A stretch of 63,815 nt of DNA, the filler included, from Dugesia japonica (Eukaryota): NCBI GenBank assembly GCA_001938525.1. It is 6 parts of 6 records of this genome, joined end to end, with 100 filler letters (N's around TTAATTAATTAA, not from the genome) between each part and the next. Parts side by side here need not be neighbours in the genome. Positions count along the whole stretch, not along the records: positions 31,534 to 39,867 come from MQRL01644525.1; positions 39,968 to 48,807 come from MQRL01594914.1; 4 more parts are not named here. One strand, written 5' to 3'. Below the pieces are notes generated by a model that did no database searches, was not told the origin of the DNA, and was given only the letters and a program-made list of their open reading frames with translations. The translations under genes and the position numbers were made by a program. This document shows, piece by piece, positions 35,391 through 48,907 of this stretch; the stretch's first letter is position 1; every line of letters starts with the position of its first letter.

Positions 35391-37294
35391 GTGTCTCATG
35401 CGTTTTAGTGCCATGCTTCAATAAATGTGAGTTTTTAATATTGTAAACGGTATGTGCTCATGAATTGATATGATTATGTAATGATGTTCTGATGATCTAA
35501 TAAATGTTAGTTGAAATGGAGTTTGCTTTTGATTTCTTAGCAGGTTTTATTATGTATTGTAAAATATTATATTGATTTATTAGTCATAATTAAGGTGTTT
35601 TATGGGGTTGATAATAAGTTGAATTTAGTGAATGTGTTTTGCGACAGTAATTTAGTTATGCGAATTTGTTTTTAGTGTAATTTTAAGTTTGCTTATATAG
35701 TTCACTACATACTAAGAATTATAAATATGGATGAATTCTAAGATATTCAAAGTTTTTTCCATAACTTTCAAAATAACTTAAACCTACCGGTTCAGAGTTG
35801 ATGTATTTATAACATGTTTACTCATGACGTTATAGCTAAACCTCAGAAGGTTTTTAATCTGTTTAGATGAGTGTCATCATGATTGATAATAAAAAAATAT
35901 CAATATATTAGATAAGTCTTACAAAGCGTTAATAGAATGTAACATAAACTGTGGAGAGGGGTCTGATGTTTAAAACTCGTATTCAATCTGGTGGTTGACA
36001 AAATTGCTAGAATAGATCTTAATAGCCGAAATAATTCTTTCAACAATACAAAAACGAATAAGAATATAAAAAAGCTATCATAAACCAAAAGAGTGGACTA
36101 CCAACCATTCCTCAAAGATCGAAAACAGATACACACGATTAAATTCTTTCGGATATGTAAAGGTTCCATAGACATTTGTGAGCTATAGTAAACAACTGAA
36201 GAAGTAAAAAAATCCATTTTATCATGACTCCTCTTTGAACAAAAGCGCATTCATTATTATTATTACTGATAACAAAATAATACTATCTAAAACAATATTT
36301 TGCAGATTACTAGATTCTAGTACAAATAAATCAAGCAATTTNTAATCCAGTTTAATTTTATTGTTTATTGTTATATTTATTATTATTTTTCGTCAAAGCT
36401 TTCTCGTGATAAATTTCATAACTATAAAAGTTTGAGTTTTGTTTCATAAAAGTTCATTTAAAATTCTTGAATAATATTAAAAAATATAATAAATTCCCAT
36501 AACCAAATTTTAATCAAAGATTACATATAATGTCATTTAAACTATGCAAAGTTCAAGTATACAATTTTGTTCAATAATTTGTTTTTCCAATTACTAATTG
36601 CACATGAAAATAAATGATTAATTATAAATAAAATGAATAAAAAACAATTTAAATTTTAAAATATTTAAGAATTATTTCAATTTATAAAAGAATACAAAAA
36701 ATATAATGAAAACTGCTGACAAAATTTAATGTTTTTATATTATTAATTCTTCATTAGTAAAATTCAAACCTGACAACTTGGATTTTCTAAGGAAAACAGG
36801 AAGGAATCGTTTAAATTAAGAAAATATGTATAAATTTTGTAAATTTTTGGTTGAAAATAAAAAAAGTTCACAATAAATTGAAAAATAAATAAATTAGATA
36901 TTAATTTTTAGAAAATTATATTTGAAAAATTTAGAAGAGACAATTTTTTAGAAATTCTTATTAAATTATTCTTTAGTATTTGTGATTTAGGAAAATCTTT
37001 TAACTTTGGTTGTATATTTTTATTTATTCGTTTTTNNNNNNNNNNNNNNNNNNNNNNNNNNNNNNNNNNNNNNNNNNNNNNNNNNNNNNNNNNNNNNNNN
37101 NNNNATGTTTTCTACAGCGATCCGCTGACCAAACCGAGATGTAAAGTCTTGGGGAGGATTTCCCGGCTTGAAAGACAGCCTTTGTTTATCTTTGCACAGG
37201 TTGCGTGTAGCCCCCCTTAGAATTATTATCAAAAAAAAGAAAAATAAATTTTTATTAAAGTTTTTATTTTAATGAATTCTGATTGTTAATTATT

Positions 37295-37854
37295 GAATTT
37301 TAAAATTTGAATGTCCAAGAGAGATTAAACCAGATTGTGGTAGAACATTTGCATCGAAAACAATGAAAGATATTGCTAAATAGTTATATATTAAATTATC
37401 ATACTTATCATCACAAGACTAACGAGATCACTGAGAAACAATTTCGTACGATGCGGGATAAAGGAAGTATAGATTGGAGAAATATTCTACCAACAGTGGA
37501 ATTTGTTATGAACGTGACGATTCAGATATATTCAAAGAAAATTCTAGCAGAGATAGTTTTTGGTAAACACTTGAGTCGAGAACATTGATAAGCAATTATG
37601 AAGAACAAAGAAGCAGAAATGCACAAATCAGAAAAGAGGTACAACAACAGACGCTGATTAAAAGACAATTCAATATTGGGGAACAAGTGCTGGTGAAAGT
37701 GGAGATGCAAGATAAAGGTCAGGATAGATTCAAAGAATTCTGTGAAATTCTAGAAAAAATTCACGATATAGGGTATAATTTGACAGGGGAAAAAAGAATA
37801 TGGAAAATCTTTATAATTCTTAAAGGAAGGAAATTTAAGAAAAGTGTGATTTAG
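37295..37854 (+). pseudogene. Ty3/gypsy integrase fragment
   Basis: CPREIKPDCGRTFAS, HHKTNEITEKQFRTMR, DWRNILPTVEFVMN, FNIGEQVLVK; same family as 58690-59620. Confidence 0.8.
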
Positions 37855-38139
37855 GAAACTTTTTAAGCTTGGTTGTATATTTTTATTCATTTTTCGTAAT
37901 ATTTGTGCCATTTGAATATTTGAGTTTTTTAAAAAGTGAGTGTAAATTTTGAAGTAAAATTTTTGCAATATTTTAAATTAAAGTTAATATTAATGTTGTA
38001 TAATCTTCTACAGCCAACAATCCGATGGCTGGGGAAATTTTGTTGACTAAGCAATTAGTAATAATGTTATGATTGATTTTTTAAAACAATCGCCGTTGAT
38101 AATGGGTAATTATATTTTAAGAACATTTACCAACCCAAT

Positions 38140-39320
38140 AAAATGGATATTTTGCTGTTCTTCGTGTTAAAAAAATACACATATAACAGAGATGTTAAAA
38201 TAAAAAATAAATGTAATAACGTTTCAATGATCTGGGAGAAAAGCAGTCATTTATGAATTTTAAAAATCTATGTAAACTTGAAGTAAAGTAATATTTCGAT
38301 TTATCTGGAACAAAGTAAAGTCTTAGAAAATTATTAGTAGTTGCTTTTCTAAATGAAGAACAGTGAGAAATTTATGAAAACAAAGACGAAGCATTGTGAT
38401 TTGATGAAAGATTGAGAAAAGCTTTCTTCAAGCCAACGACAGGGCTTAAAGAATTTGGGAAAGCTCTAAATTATCGAAGGCCTGAAAAGCATGTCAGTAT
38501 TTATAGAAAGAATATAGAAGAAATGGTAGAATAGTTATTGGCTCACAAATGAAACAAGGAAGATTTAACGGTAAAGTTAATAATCAATAATTGAGATGAC
38601 AAAGAGATAAAACATAAAAGNAAATCAGGAAAAATGGATAAAGTAGAAGAAATTTGAAAAAAAATGAAAAGACTGGGAAGACGTAAAAACGAAGTAAAAT
38701 TTGAAGAAATAAATGTAATTCATAATTCTAAAACAAAAAAAAATTAATAATGACGGCAATGAAGGGGTAAAACAGAATAAAAACAAAGGAAGACGAGAAA
38801 TCACGTGTTGGGCCTGTACCAATATAAGTTATGTAAGAAAAATTGCCAAGAAAGAAAAAAGTGCTACGCTTGTGAGTCAGAACAACACTTGAAAAGAGAC
38901 TGCACTAAGCCAGTTACTCAAGAAGTAACAGGAACGGACACCACAAGGATGACTGTTATACAAATATGAAAAGGAAATTTAATGGAATAAAAAATTTCAG
39001 AAAGGAATTATTATTTGAACAATACACATAACAACATAAGAAGGAATGAAGACCGTGGTAATGCAGTTGAAGGAAATTAAAGAAATCGTACATAGAGAAA
39101 AGATAAAGTATATTATAAGGAAAGGGAAAATATGAATCAGGAGTAATTTCCAAAAGGCAAAGCTCCGACTCAAAATCGAGATTTTTAAATCAAGTTCAGG
39201 CACATATAAATGGCAAAGTAAAGTGGAAGAAATTAAACAGATAAAAGACAAAAATGGAACATGTAAGAAGTTTCGATTAATGGAAGATATAATAAAAACA
39301 GAAATCGGTAAAATATGAAT
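38140..39320 (+). pseudogene. Ty3/gypsy gag and pol remnants
   Basis: Knuckles CWAC... and CYACESEQHLKRDC at ~38806-38903; FDERLRKAF resembles the gags at 61.4 and 62.5 kb. Confidence 0.6.
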
Positions 39321-39447
39321 TATTATGGCTCTTCAACTTTGTAGTATTGAATAAAATTTGGATGGAAACTTGTAATATTGTTAATTTAACCAATATTAAT
39401 GTTAATTTAACTAATATATTACTTTTGTAAATCTTTTTACAAACAAA

Positions 39448-39867
39448 TATTAGGTAGTTGCATTAATTCTCGCTGCTTGTTTTAATTAACTAACTTATTA
39501 AATATTTCAGCGATAATTTAAATCAATCAGTAAGATTTGGTAAGTATTAATATTTAAATGTTAAAATAATGGGATATTATTTAATTAAGTTGTACAGCAA
39601 ACGAAAACCAATCCATTTAATATGACTAGTTTTATTCTAAAAAACGCACATTTGCGGGAGGCGTTGCTTTTTTGTTTTCATCTCAAAGGAAGTGCTGCAG
39701 AAAGTCATAGGATTCTTTCAGAAGCTTATGACAACCATGCTCTGTCTGAAACATGGTGTCGAGAACGGTTTCGGCAATTCAAAATTGGTGATTTTGATTT
39801 GCAGGATAAACAACGACCAGGTCAACCAAAGCGCTTTTCAGATGAAGATTTGGAAAAGTTGTTGATC
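39448..39867 (+). mobile_element. Mariner element 5' end with transposase HTH N-terminus (cut by gap)
   Basis: TATTAGGT terminus; HLREALLFCFHLKGSAAESHRILSEAY...FKIGDFDLQDKQRPGQPKRF. Confidence 0.9.
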
Positions 39868-39967
39868 NNNNNNNNNNNNNNNNNNNNNNNNNNNNNNNNN
39901 NNNNNNNNNNNTTAATTAATTAANNNNNNNNNNNNNNNNNNNNNNNNNNNNNNNNNNNNNNNNNNNN
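39868..39967. other. Artificial contig linker
   Basis: 44N-TTAATTAATTAA-44N. Confidence 0.95.
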
Positions 39968-40765
39968 ACTTTTTATTTTTCGAGAATACTACGTAAAATA
40001 TTGAAAAAACCAAAAAATACCCCCGTTAAATTGTTAACAGATTAGTATAAAAATATTTGAAATCTGAGCATAAAAGTTATTTTTGAAAAACGTGGACTGT
40101 TCACCCGGATTCCCGTGAAAATTTGAATTATTTGTAAAAAATTTTTATTTATTGTGAAAGTTACTTTTTTGATAATTACTCACTTTTTAAAATTTTTAAC
40201 CATTGATCAGAATGATAAAATTAAATATTTTCAAAATTAAGAAAATAAACTAAGATTTGGATCAAAAAATGTTTTTTAAAAATTTTTATTAAGGTTAAAA
40301 TTTAAAAACTTTAACTTACTTCCCCAAATCTTCGAGTTTGTCTTCTTCGAGAGTTACGATTGATTTATTCAAGAAGATAAAATCAAAAATTGCGTCGAAG
40401 AAAGTTTAATTTTTGAAATTTTTAACCCTAATAAAAATTAAAAAAAACACTTTTTGGCCTAAGCCTTAGTTAAATTTCTTCATTCATTCAAAAATAAAAT
40501 ATTTAAACATAATGGACTTTTNTTTTGGATTTCCGTGAAAATTAATTAAAAATTAATTTTAGTAAATTTAAACAGCAAATCATTTATTTCACTTTATTTT
40601 AACTAAATATTTAATTTCCCGGTCGATTATCAAATAAATGACGTAATTATTTTTATTTCGACTCCCATGAAAAATTTCTGGATCCAATGAAAATTACTTT
40701 TAAATTAAATAACACATGTTATTGAAAATAAAAGAAAATTATTAAAGACAATTTTAGATAGTAAT

Positions 40766-41513
40766 ATGAAAGGTCTTCCAACCAAGAAAAGAAAAGAAGA
40801 TGAAATAGTCATTTTAGATAATGAAATAGCAAATATAAACGAAATAAAAAATGTGGACGAAATAGTCCATGCAAATGATGTAATTACAGAAGAAAATAAT
40901 GTTGCAAATGATCCAGATGATGATGATTGGGAGAATTTTCAAATTGTGAATAAGTTGAATAAAGAGGATATGGTATTACAAAATTTTATTGATGAAGAAG
41001 AAGCGCTCGTCGGTGGCTTTTTAAATATTTTTTGTGGCTCAGAAAGTTAACCAAAAATTAAAAATGATGATGTATTTATCGAAGAGAACTTGTTCAGATG
41101 CCATCATATTTTGAAGATTAATATAGAAAAATGGAATTCCACAGAAATTATATTACCACAAGTAATATTAGAATAATTATTTAAAATTATAAAATAATTA
41201 AAACATGTCAAGATACAATTTGGCATAAACGTGGAATTTATCATGCAGAACGAAACATAAAACTTGCAGATTGCCAAATAGCGCTATCTAACTCTCTGAT
41301 CAATTTTCTGAGAACGGCATCAAACAATTAAATGAAAAATTGCAATAAGGAATAAGATCGGCAGCAGCTAGATAAAAAATAATTTTGAAATTACACAAAT
41401 TTCAAGCATTAGTAGGCTTTCTGGGAAAAGTTATATTAAAACCATAAAGAACCTAGTAAAGAAAAATGCTATATTCAATGTGCAAAAAAATGACAATAAA
41501 TGTTTTTTGTATA
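40766..41513 (+). pseudogene. N-terminal region of a Polinton-type protein-primed DNA polymerase B, truncated by an insertion
   Basis: Acidic N-terminus, then VKIQFGINVEF and SGKSYIK...LVKKNAIFNVQKNDNKCFLY (cf. GSSYIxLP...KKAIINxxNxDNKCFLW). Confidence 0.65.
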
Positions 41514-42200
41514 AATAGATAGATATGAGCGCACTGGATCACATCCCCCCGCGGAGGAAGTGATCTACTCATTTGAGTGATCCAGGAATGTAGGATTTTG
41601 ATTGGACGTTACGAATATGGGAAACTATTTTTCGAATTCGGGTTAGAATGGTCGAGTTTCTGCTCGTGAAAGTTAAAAATTCGAATTTTTGGTTCTCAGA
41701 ATACAATTCTAAACATTTTTTAATTATGGTTTTTTATAAATAATTTTAATTAATTGAATGAGCGCACTGGATCACTTGAACTTGATTTATAAATTTCGCA
41801 GTCAAAACGTATCTTATCGCTTCTTAAATAATACCATTTTATTCAAAATAAAATTCTGAAAATATCTTGTATAGGGTTTGATATATAAATGTGCTTGGTT
41901 CGAAAGATAGAAAATTACCGGGTACCATGCCCCAACCTGGATAAAAGAAATTTTTTACTCTAGAAATACTTATTACAAGCCAACAAATTTGGTATCGTTG
42001 AACTCAGAATAAAAAGCTGAACATATTCCATATGGGATTTACAGTATAAAATTGTTTCGTTCAAGAAATAATATATAATTATATAATTAATTATAAATTA
42101 TAATCAAAATAATTATTATATTTAAAATATTTTTAGACTATTAAACTCAGAATTACCAACTCTATTGGAATATAATTTTACTTTTCTCAAAACACAGATA
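41514..42200. mobile_element. Inserted element beginning with a (AG)TAGATAGATA-like terminus
   Basis: AATAGATAGATATGAGCGCACTGGATCAC at the exact point where the polB frame stops; TGAGCGCACTGGATCAC repeats at ~41759. The right boundary is uncertain. Confidence 0.5.
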
Positions 42201-43329
42201 AATATATTTAACTCAACACAGCACACTTATTCAACTCAACACAGATAAATAGATTTATATTTTTTGAATATGAATGTATTGAGTTATAATTATTTATAAA
42301 TAATCATTATAATACTAAAAAGAAATAATATTAAATAATTAATTAATTAATTAATTAAAACTTTGAAATTATTTTAAATTAATTTTTTTTGTAATCTTAA
42401 AGCTATTTTACTAATAATAATTAGCATTATAATAAACATTGAGATAACTTAGTTTACTTTAAAATAATTCTAAAATCATACATATAATTTAAATTACAAT
42501 ATGCATTTAAAATCATATTGTATTTTTTGTTGATCTTATTGGTCTGTATTCTGTTAAAAGTCTTAAATTTAATACAATGATTTAGTTTAATTGACTGATT
42601 TGATCATACTTTGAAAATACTTACTTAAATACTTTTCCCATATATCCATCTTTTTCATTAAGGCGTTGATCCAAAACGGTAACGGCCAACGTTTGTATAT
42701 TTTTGAGCAATTGTGCCTTGAAATTACTCTGTGCTTCATAAGGCTACGCCTAATAAAGACGTGTAAAATTATTATTAAATTGTGGATAATTTTATTAGAA
42801 TTCTACTGTTATTTGTCATAAAAGAAAATAAATTTTTGAGTTTTATTGTATTTGTTCTTACATTCATTTGTTATCTATATTAACTAGAATTATAAATATT
42901 ATAGTTGAACTAAAACGACTCAGATCGAAAAAAATAATTGTCTTACCAAACTATTTTAATTTACCGCAACTGGAAATTAACTGATTTTGGTCTCGTCAGA
43001 TTGAGAACATATTATGAAGACATGTAAATTGAAATTCATGATATATAAATATAATTTCATCTTTTGAACCTCACATATATACTTATGACTAATATGAATA
43101 AAATCCAAATGACTGGGGCATACTTTACTTATAACTTTCAACAATTTTTTTATTCATTGTATTTACTTTTACAGTGTTTAATGAACTTGGGTAGTATAAT
43201 TATTAAATAAAATAAATGTATCACGATTAATTGTATCAAAAATCAGATTATATTTGTATGAAAATATTGTATACGTAATATATTAGAACATATATTAGCA
43301 TATATTAGAAAATATATTAGCAGCAAACT

Positions 43330-44466
43330 ACCGACTTCATATCATATGGATACAATATTTCTTCTCAAACCTCTGGGAGATAATAGATCGGCAGATGATC
43401 TTTGAGAACTACGCAGACACTAACAAGAGATAGAACCTAATTAAAAAGATGAAGACAATAGCATGTTGTTCAGAGATGCTTTCGTAAGAGCTATGCCTCT
43501 AAATATCAACCATCCTATCGTTTCCAAGAAAAATTGCTCATTGACTGACTTGCGCAAATCGAATTTTTACAAGTGGTACACAGCATCTCGAGTCAAACAA
43601 ATTCAAGTGAAGTACAGCAACTACAAGATGAGATAAATCAACTGAAAATGATTAACCCAAAAAACTCAAATTCAACAGATGGAACTTGCTATTACCACCG
43701 CAAATATAGAAAATTAGCCAGAAAATGCCGTGAACCATGTGATTAGAATTCTAAACAAACTCAGGGAAACGACAAAGGTTCTCAAATATTCCGGTGATTG
43801 AGAACCCTATCACTCCTGAACCGGAACTCATTTCTCCAACATTCATTGTTCCAGCAAATCATCAAAGCCAGGTAATAAATTTTCTAATTGACACAGCAGC
43901 AGATGTTAGTATTCTACCAGCCAAACAATTTCACACCGATCAATGTGAAACGACTAAACAACTAATTTCAGCTGGTGGTAGCACAATTCCAACTCGAAGA
44001 CAACGCACTTTGTGCCTTAACTGCTTTGGACTTCCACAAATATTCAAGTGGACATTAATTGTCGCAGAAGTTCGTCAACCAATATTGGGATCAGACTTCT
44101 TCAGGCACAATGACATTATAAAAGACTGTCCAGGAGATAGAATTATTCTCGACAACAGCTTAGCTCAAGGATCGCGAAAGAATGATCATTCCAATAGAAC
44201 AACGCACAATTATAATCTACAACCAGAACTTCGAATCATGACAACAGGACATTCTAAATCTCAAAAATCTTGACGACTAGTTAGAACAATGTTTGAAACA
44301 TTTTGCCATGAATTTGAAAAACTTCTAGAAAAAGTAATTGTAAAAAGAAGCACAAGCGCCTGGACATCTCTCTTGGTTGTTGTCAAAAAGAAAAATAATC
44401 GCCAATGCGGTAACTAACGATTACTAAATGCAGTGACCATTCCTGACAGGTATCCTTTACCTCGTA
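43330..44466 (+). pseudogene. Ty3/gypsy gag-protease-RT remnant
   Basis: CYYHRKY...ARKCREPC; FLIDTAADVSILP; PILGSDFF; RT start SAWTS..VVVKKK...RLLNAVTIPDRYPLPR, cut at 44466. Confidence 0.85.
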
Positions 44467-47400
44467 AGTAGGTAGATAGTGGCACACGGGCACAATTTCT
44501 AAATCACTCCCCTTCCCCCCCNGGAAACACATTACGCTTGAGCTGCGTTTTATTGACATGATTTTTGAGGTATTTTTTTTCTTAAGATTTTTAGGATCAA
44601 AATTATTTTGATAAGATCAATTTTTTTTGGATCGGATCAGTTTTTTTGATCCTGAAAGTGCGTGTGTGTATTTTTAAATTTTAAATTTTGTGTGTTTAGG
44701 GTGCTAAGGTGGTTTTTTAAAAGAAGGTCAAGTTGTGTTTGTGTGTGTGGTTGTTTGTGTAAGATTGCAAAAAACGAGGAGGAGGAGATGGAGATAATTA
44801 TTTTGTGGTTTTGAAGATTTTGTTGTGGTTGTAGGTTTGTATGTTGTTGATGGAATTTGTTGGTTGATGTGTTGTTGGAGAGGTAATGTGATGGTGAAGA
44901 TGATGATTGTCGAATGTGCTTTGATTTTGTATTTTAAGGGCTACTATTTGATTGGTTTATTTTGTAAGTACTATAAGTGTGTTAAAAAAGTATTTCGTGA
45001 GGTGGAGGCTAGTATGTGTGGAAAGACAATTAATTATCAGATTTTATAATTATCAGAAAATCTTTTTATTTTTAAATTAAATTAAATTAAATGTAATTAA
45101 ATTAAATTAAATTTAATTAAATAAAATTTAATTAAATAATTTTTTATGTAAGATATGGGGTAGTCTGTATATTTTGCATAAGATGAGCAGTCTTGGTATT
45201 TTAAACTTATTATTACAAGATATCAGGCTGTCTTGATATTTTTTAACACATTATTACAAGAAATTTATGCATGGTAGGGGCAGTCTTGATATTTTTTTAG
45301 ATATTATTACAAGAATTCGGACAGTTTTGGTATTTAACATGGTATGTGCAGTCTATATATATTTGTGCATAGTATGAGTAGTCTTGAAATTTTTAACGGG
45401 GAGTCACTATTTTAAAATGGGGAGCCTCTAGATGTAGCATACCTATTGCATTTATTTAAAATATTCAAAATGGCGGCTACATTGAATTTTAAAAAATCAA
45501 AATGGCAGCTATGTTGAGTTTTAAAATTTATCAGACCTGTGATTTTCAGTGTATGTGTGTTGCAGCTGTAATGCTTCTGAGTTGCATTTATGAAAATATA
45601 TCTATCAAAAAACTTCAAAGAGGGAGTCTTTGTGATATTTACATGTTAAAATTTATCTATCAAAATATTTGCATAATAAAATATAACTTTTATTAAAATA
45701 TTCAAATAAAAAATCTTCAAATATCTTTGTGATATTTACATGATAAAATATAATTTTTATTAAAATATTCAAATAAAAAACTCAAAGAGGGGAGTCTTTG
45801 TGATATTTACATGTTGAAATATATCTATCAAAAAACTTCATAGAGGGGAGTCTTTCTGATATTCAAATAAAAAATTAAAAGTTAAAAAAAGTTCTTTGTG
45901 ATATTTGCATGATACAACATTCAAATTTAAACTTTTCTTTACAAGATGATAAAAACAGAACTTTTTTCATAAAAAACATTAACTAGATAATTTTCTATAA
46001 AAACATTTTAGTGATGCAATTTTAAATAAAAAATCTCATTAGTGTTGAAATCTTTAATAAAAAATCTCATTGACGATTCAATTTTTAATAAATAATATCA
46101 TTAGCGATGCAATTTTCCATTTATAAAAAACATATTGGTGATGATAATAAACACATATATAGTGACAATTTTGTATACAAAATGATAAAAACATACAAAT
46201 TTTAAATATAGCTAATAAGCCTATATAAAAAGACTTATAAGTATATATTTTGATATCTAAATAGGGTTTATGAGTGTATAAAGTTTAAGAGTGAAGAGGG
46301 TTTATGAGTGCATTGGTACCTTGTATTATAGGGTTTATTTATATAAATCAGATGAAAAATCATAGTTACAATGTTTTATTGACATTGCAAACCATGTAAT
46401 ATAAGGTTTATGAGTGTATTTATCCATATTAACCTTGTATTATATGGTTTATGAGTGTATTATTTACATAGCAACAATGAAATATGAGGTTTATGAAATA
46501 TAAGACTTATGAGTGTATTAATACAAAGTAATCCTGTAATATAATGTTTACGAGTATATTATTTGTTTAGATACCATATAATATTTACATAACAACCTTT
46601 TAGTATATGGTTTTTGTGTGTATTCTTTGCATATTAACCGTGTATTATAGGATTTAGCAGTGTATTATTTACATAGCAACCATGTATTATAAGGAATTTG
46701 GGTGTATTAAAACATAGTAACCCTGTATTATAAGCTTTACGAGTATATTATTTACCTAGCAACCATGAAATATAAGGTTTATGAAATATAAGGCTTATGA
46801 GGGAATTATTCTACATAACAAACGTGTAATATAAGGCTTATGAAGGTAATGTTTACATATAGTTTTATATAGTTTATGAGTATATTATTTACATATTAGC
46901 TGCGTAATATATGGTTTACAAGTGTATTATTTGCATTAAGTACCATGTAATATTTACATAACAACTGTTTAATATATGATTTTTGTGTGTATTATTTACA
47001 TAGTAACCATGTATTATATGGTTTATGAGTATATTATTTACATATTGACAGTGTAATATAAGGCGTACAGAGGTATTATTTACGTGAAAACTGTATAATA
47101 TAAGACTCTCGAGGGAAATATTTACATAACATACTTGTATAATAAGGATTATAAGATTTACGAGTGTATTATTTGCTTAGGTAACATGTAATATTTACGA
47201 AACAACCATTTAATATATGATTTTTATGTGTATTATGTACATAGTAACCATGTTTTATATGGTTTATGAGTCTGTTTTTTACATAGTTACCTTGTATTAT
47301 TTACATAGCAACCATATATTATACGGATTTTGTATGTTTTAAAACATATGAACCATGTATTATAAGGTTAATGAGTATATTATTTGATAGTTCCCATGCA

Positions 47401-48400
47401 TTATCTGCATAGCAACCATATATTATAAAGATTCTGAGTTTATTATTACATATTAACCACGTATTATTTGCATAGTTACCTTGTCTTATTTACATAACAA
47501 CCGTGAATTATAGGGTTTACGCGTATATTATTTACAAAACAACTGTTTAATGGATTTGTATGTATTATTTACATAGTAACCATGTATTATAAGGATCATG
47601 GGTGTATTATTTACATAACAACCATGCAATATAAGGATTTTGTGTGTATTAATACATAGTAACCCTGTATTATAGGGTTTATGAGTATATTATTTGCATA
47701 GTTAACTTGTGTTATTTACATAACCACCCTGTATTTAAAGTTTTATGGGAATATTATTTACATGTACTATACGTTGATCATGCACAATACTTGCTCGCGT
47801 AATGTTCATGACAATTTTAGATAACAAATAAATAATAAGTCTATATAAAAACTTATAAGAAAATATTTTTATGATTTTATAGGGTTTAAGTTTATATTAT
47901 TTACATATTAACCGTGTAATATAATGTTTTCAAGTGTATTTTTTGTATAATTATCTTATATTATTTACATAGTAACCCTTTAGTATAGGGTTTATGAGTA
48001 AATATGATTTTGAGTATATATAGTTTAAATACCCTATACACACAAAAGCCTATATGTTTACTCAAATTCTTTTATACACATAAACCCTATAGATTTATTA
48101 AAGATATTTACTTTTAAGTTTTTATATTGTCTTTTAAGATTATACATTAATTGGAAGTTATACACTCAAAATAAAAATCCTATAAAAATATTTACTTAAA
48201 TAGGCTTATAAGGTAATTTTACAGTATTTTTAAGTTATAAAAATAAAAATGATCCACACTCATAAATATTATTTACTCATAAAGCCTTTACATTTACATT
48301 AATATTTACTTATAAGTTTTTATATAGGTTCATAAGTTATAAATGAAAAAGTTAATGAATTATTAATGAATTATTTATAAACAATTTACCCAATTAACTG
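44467..48400. mobile_element. Element with an AGTAGGTAGATAG terminus and kb-scale subterminal repeat arrays
   Basis: The terminus interrupts the gypsy RT; successive repeat blocks at ~45150-45400, 45570-45920, 45960-46150 and 46260-48000. Confidence 0.55.
46260..48000. repeat. Degenerate ~41-bp minisatellite (TATTATTTACATAGTAACCATGTATTATAAGGTTTATGAGTG)
   Basis: Dozens of diverged tandem units, including ~21-bp half units. Confidence 0.85.
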
Positions 48401-48807
48401 TTAAAATAAAACAAACAGAAATACCTATTGCAAATATCTGAATTGAATACATTTAAGAAAATTAAGTTTTCTCATTTTTCGTGTACCAATTTCTAGCTGA
48501 AAGAATTGGTTTTGCTTTTAAGAATTCCGAAAAAATAAGAATGTAACATTTTCACCGAACATTCTTGGAGTTGAAATATATAGATCACCATTGTATTGTT
48601 TGTGAATTAAATTCCATTAAATTCTAATTTATTTTAAATTTAACAATTAATTCTATGTAGTTATAAAAAATTGATTTTGTTTTTTTTCCTTAAAATTATA
48701 ATTATTATAATAACATGTATTTTTCTTTTGGGGAAAAATTAAAACAAAAAACCATTTTCAATCAGAATTTGTAGCCCTAAAGAGGACTAGTTTATCGTTC
48801 TCATTTC

Positions 48808-48907
48808 NNNNNNNNNNNNNNNNNNNNNNNNNNNNNNNNNNNNNNNNNNNNTTAATTAATTAANNNNNNNNNNNNNNNNNNNNNNNNNNNNNNNNNNNNN
48901 NNNNNNN
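48808..48907. other. Artificial contig linker
   Basis: 44N-TTAATTAATTAA-44N. Confidence 0.95.

Noticed and set aside
35940-36260. Possible non-LTR RT fragment (VFNLVVDKI) and gypsy RT fragment
   Set aside because: The motifs are too short and degraded to support a call.
46260-48000. CRISPR-like array (also 11790-12700 and 19740-19915)
   Set aside because: Units are degenerate tandem repeats without unique spacers; no cas genes; eukaryotic context.
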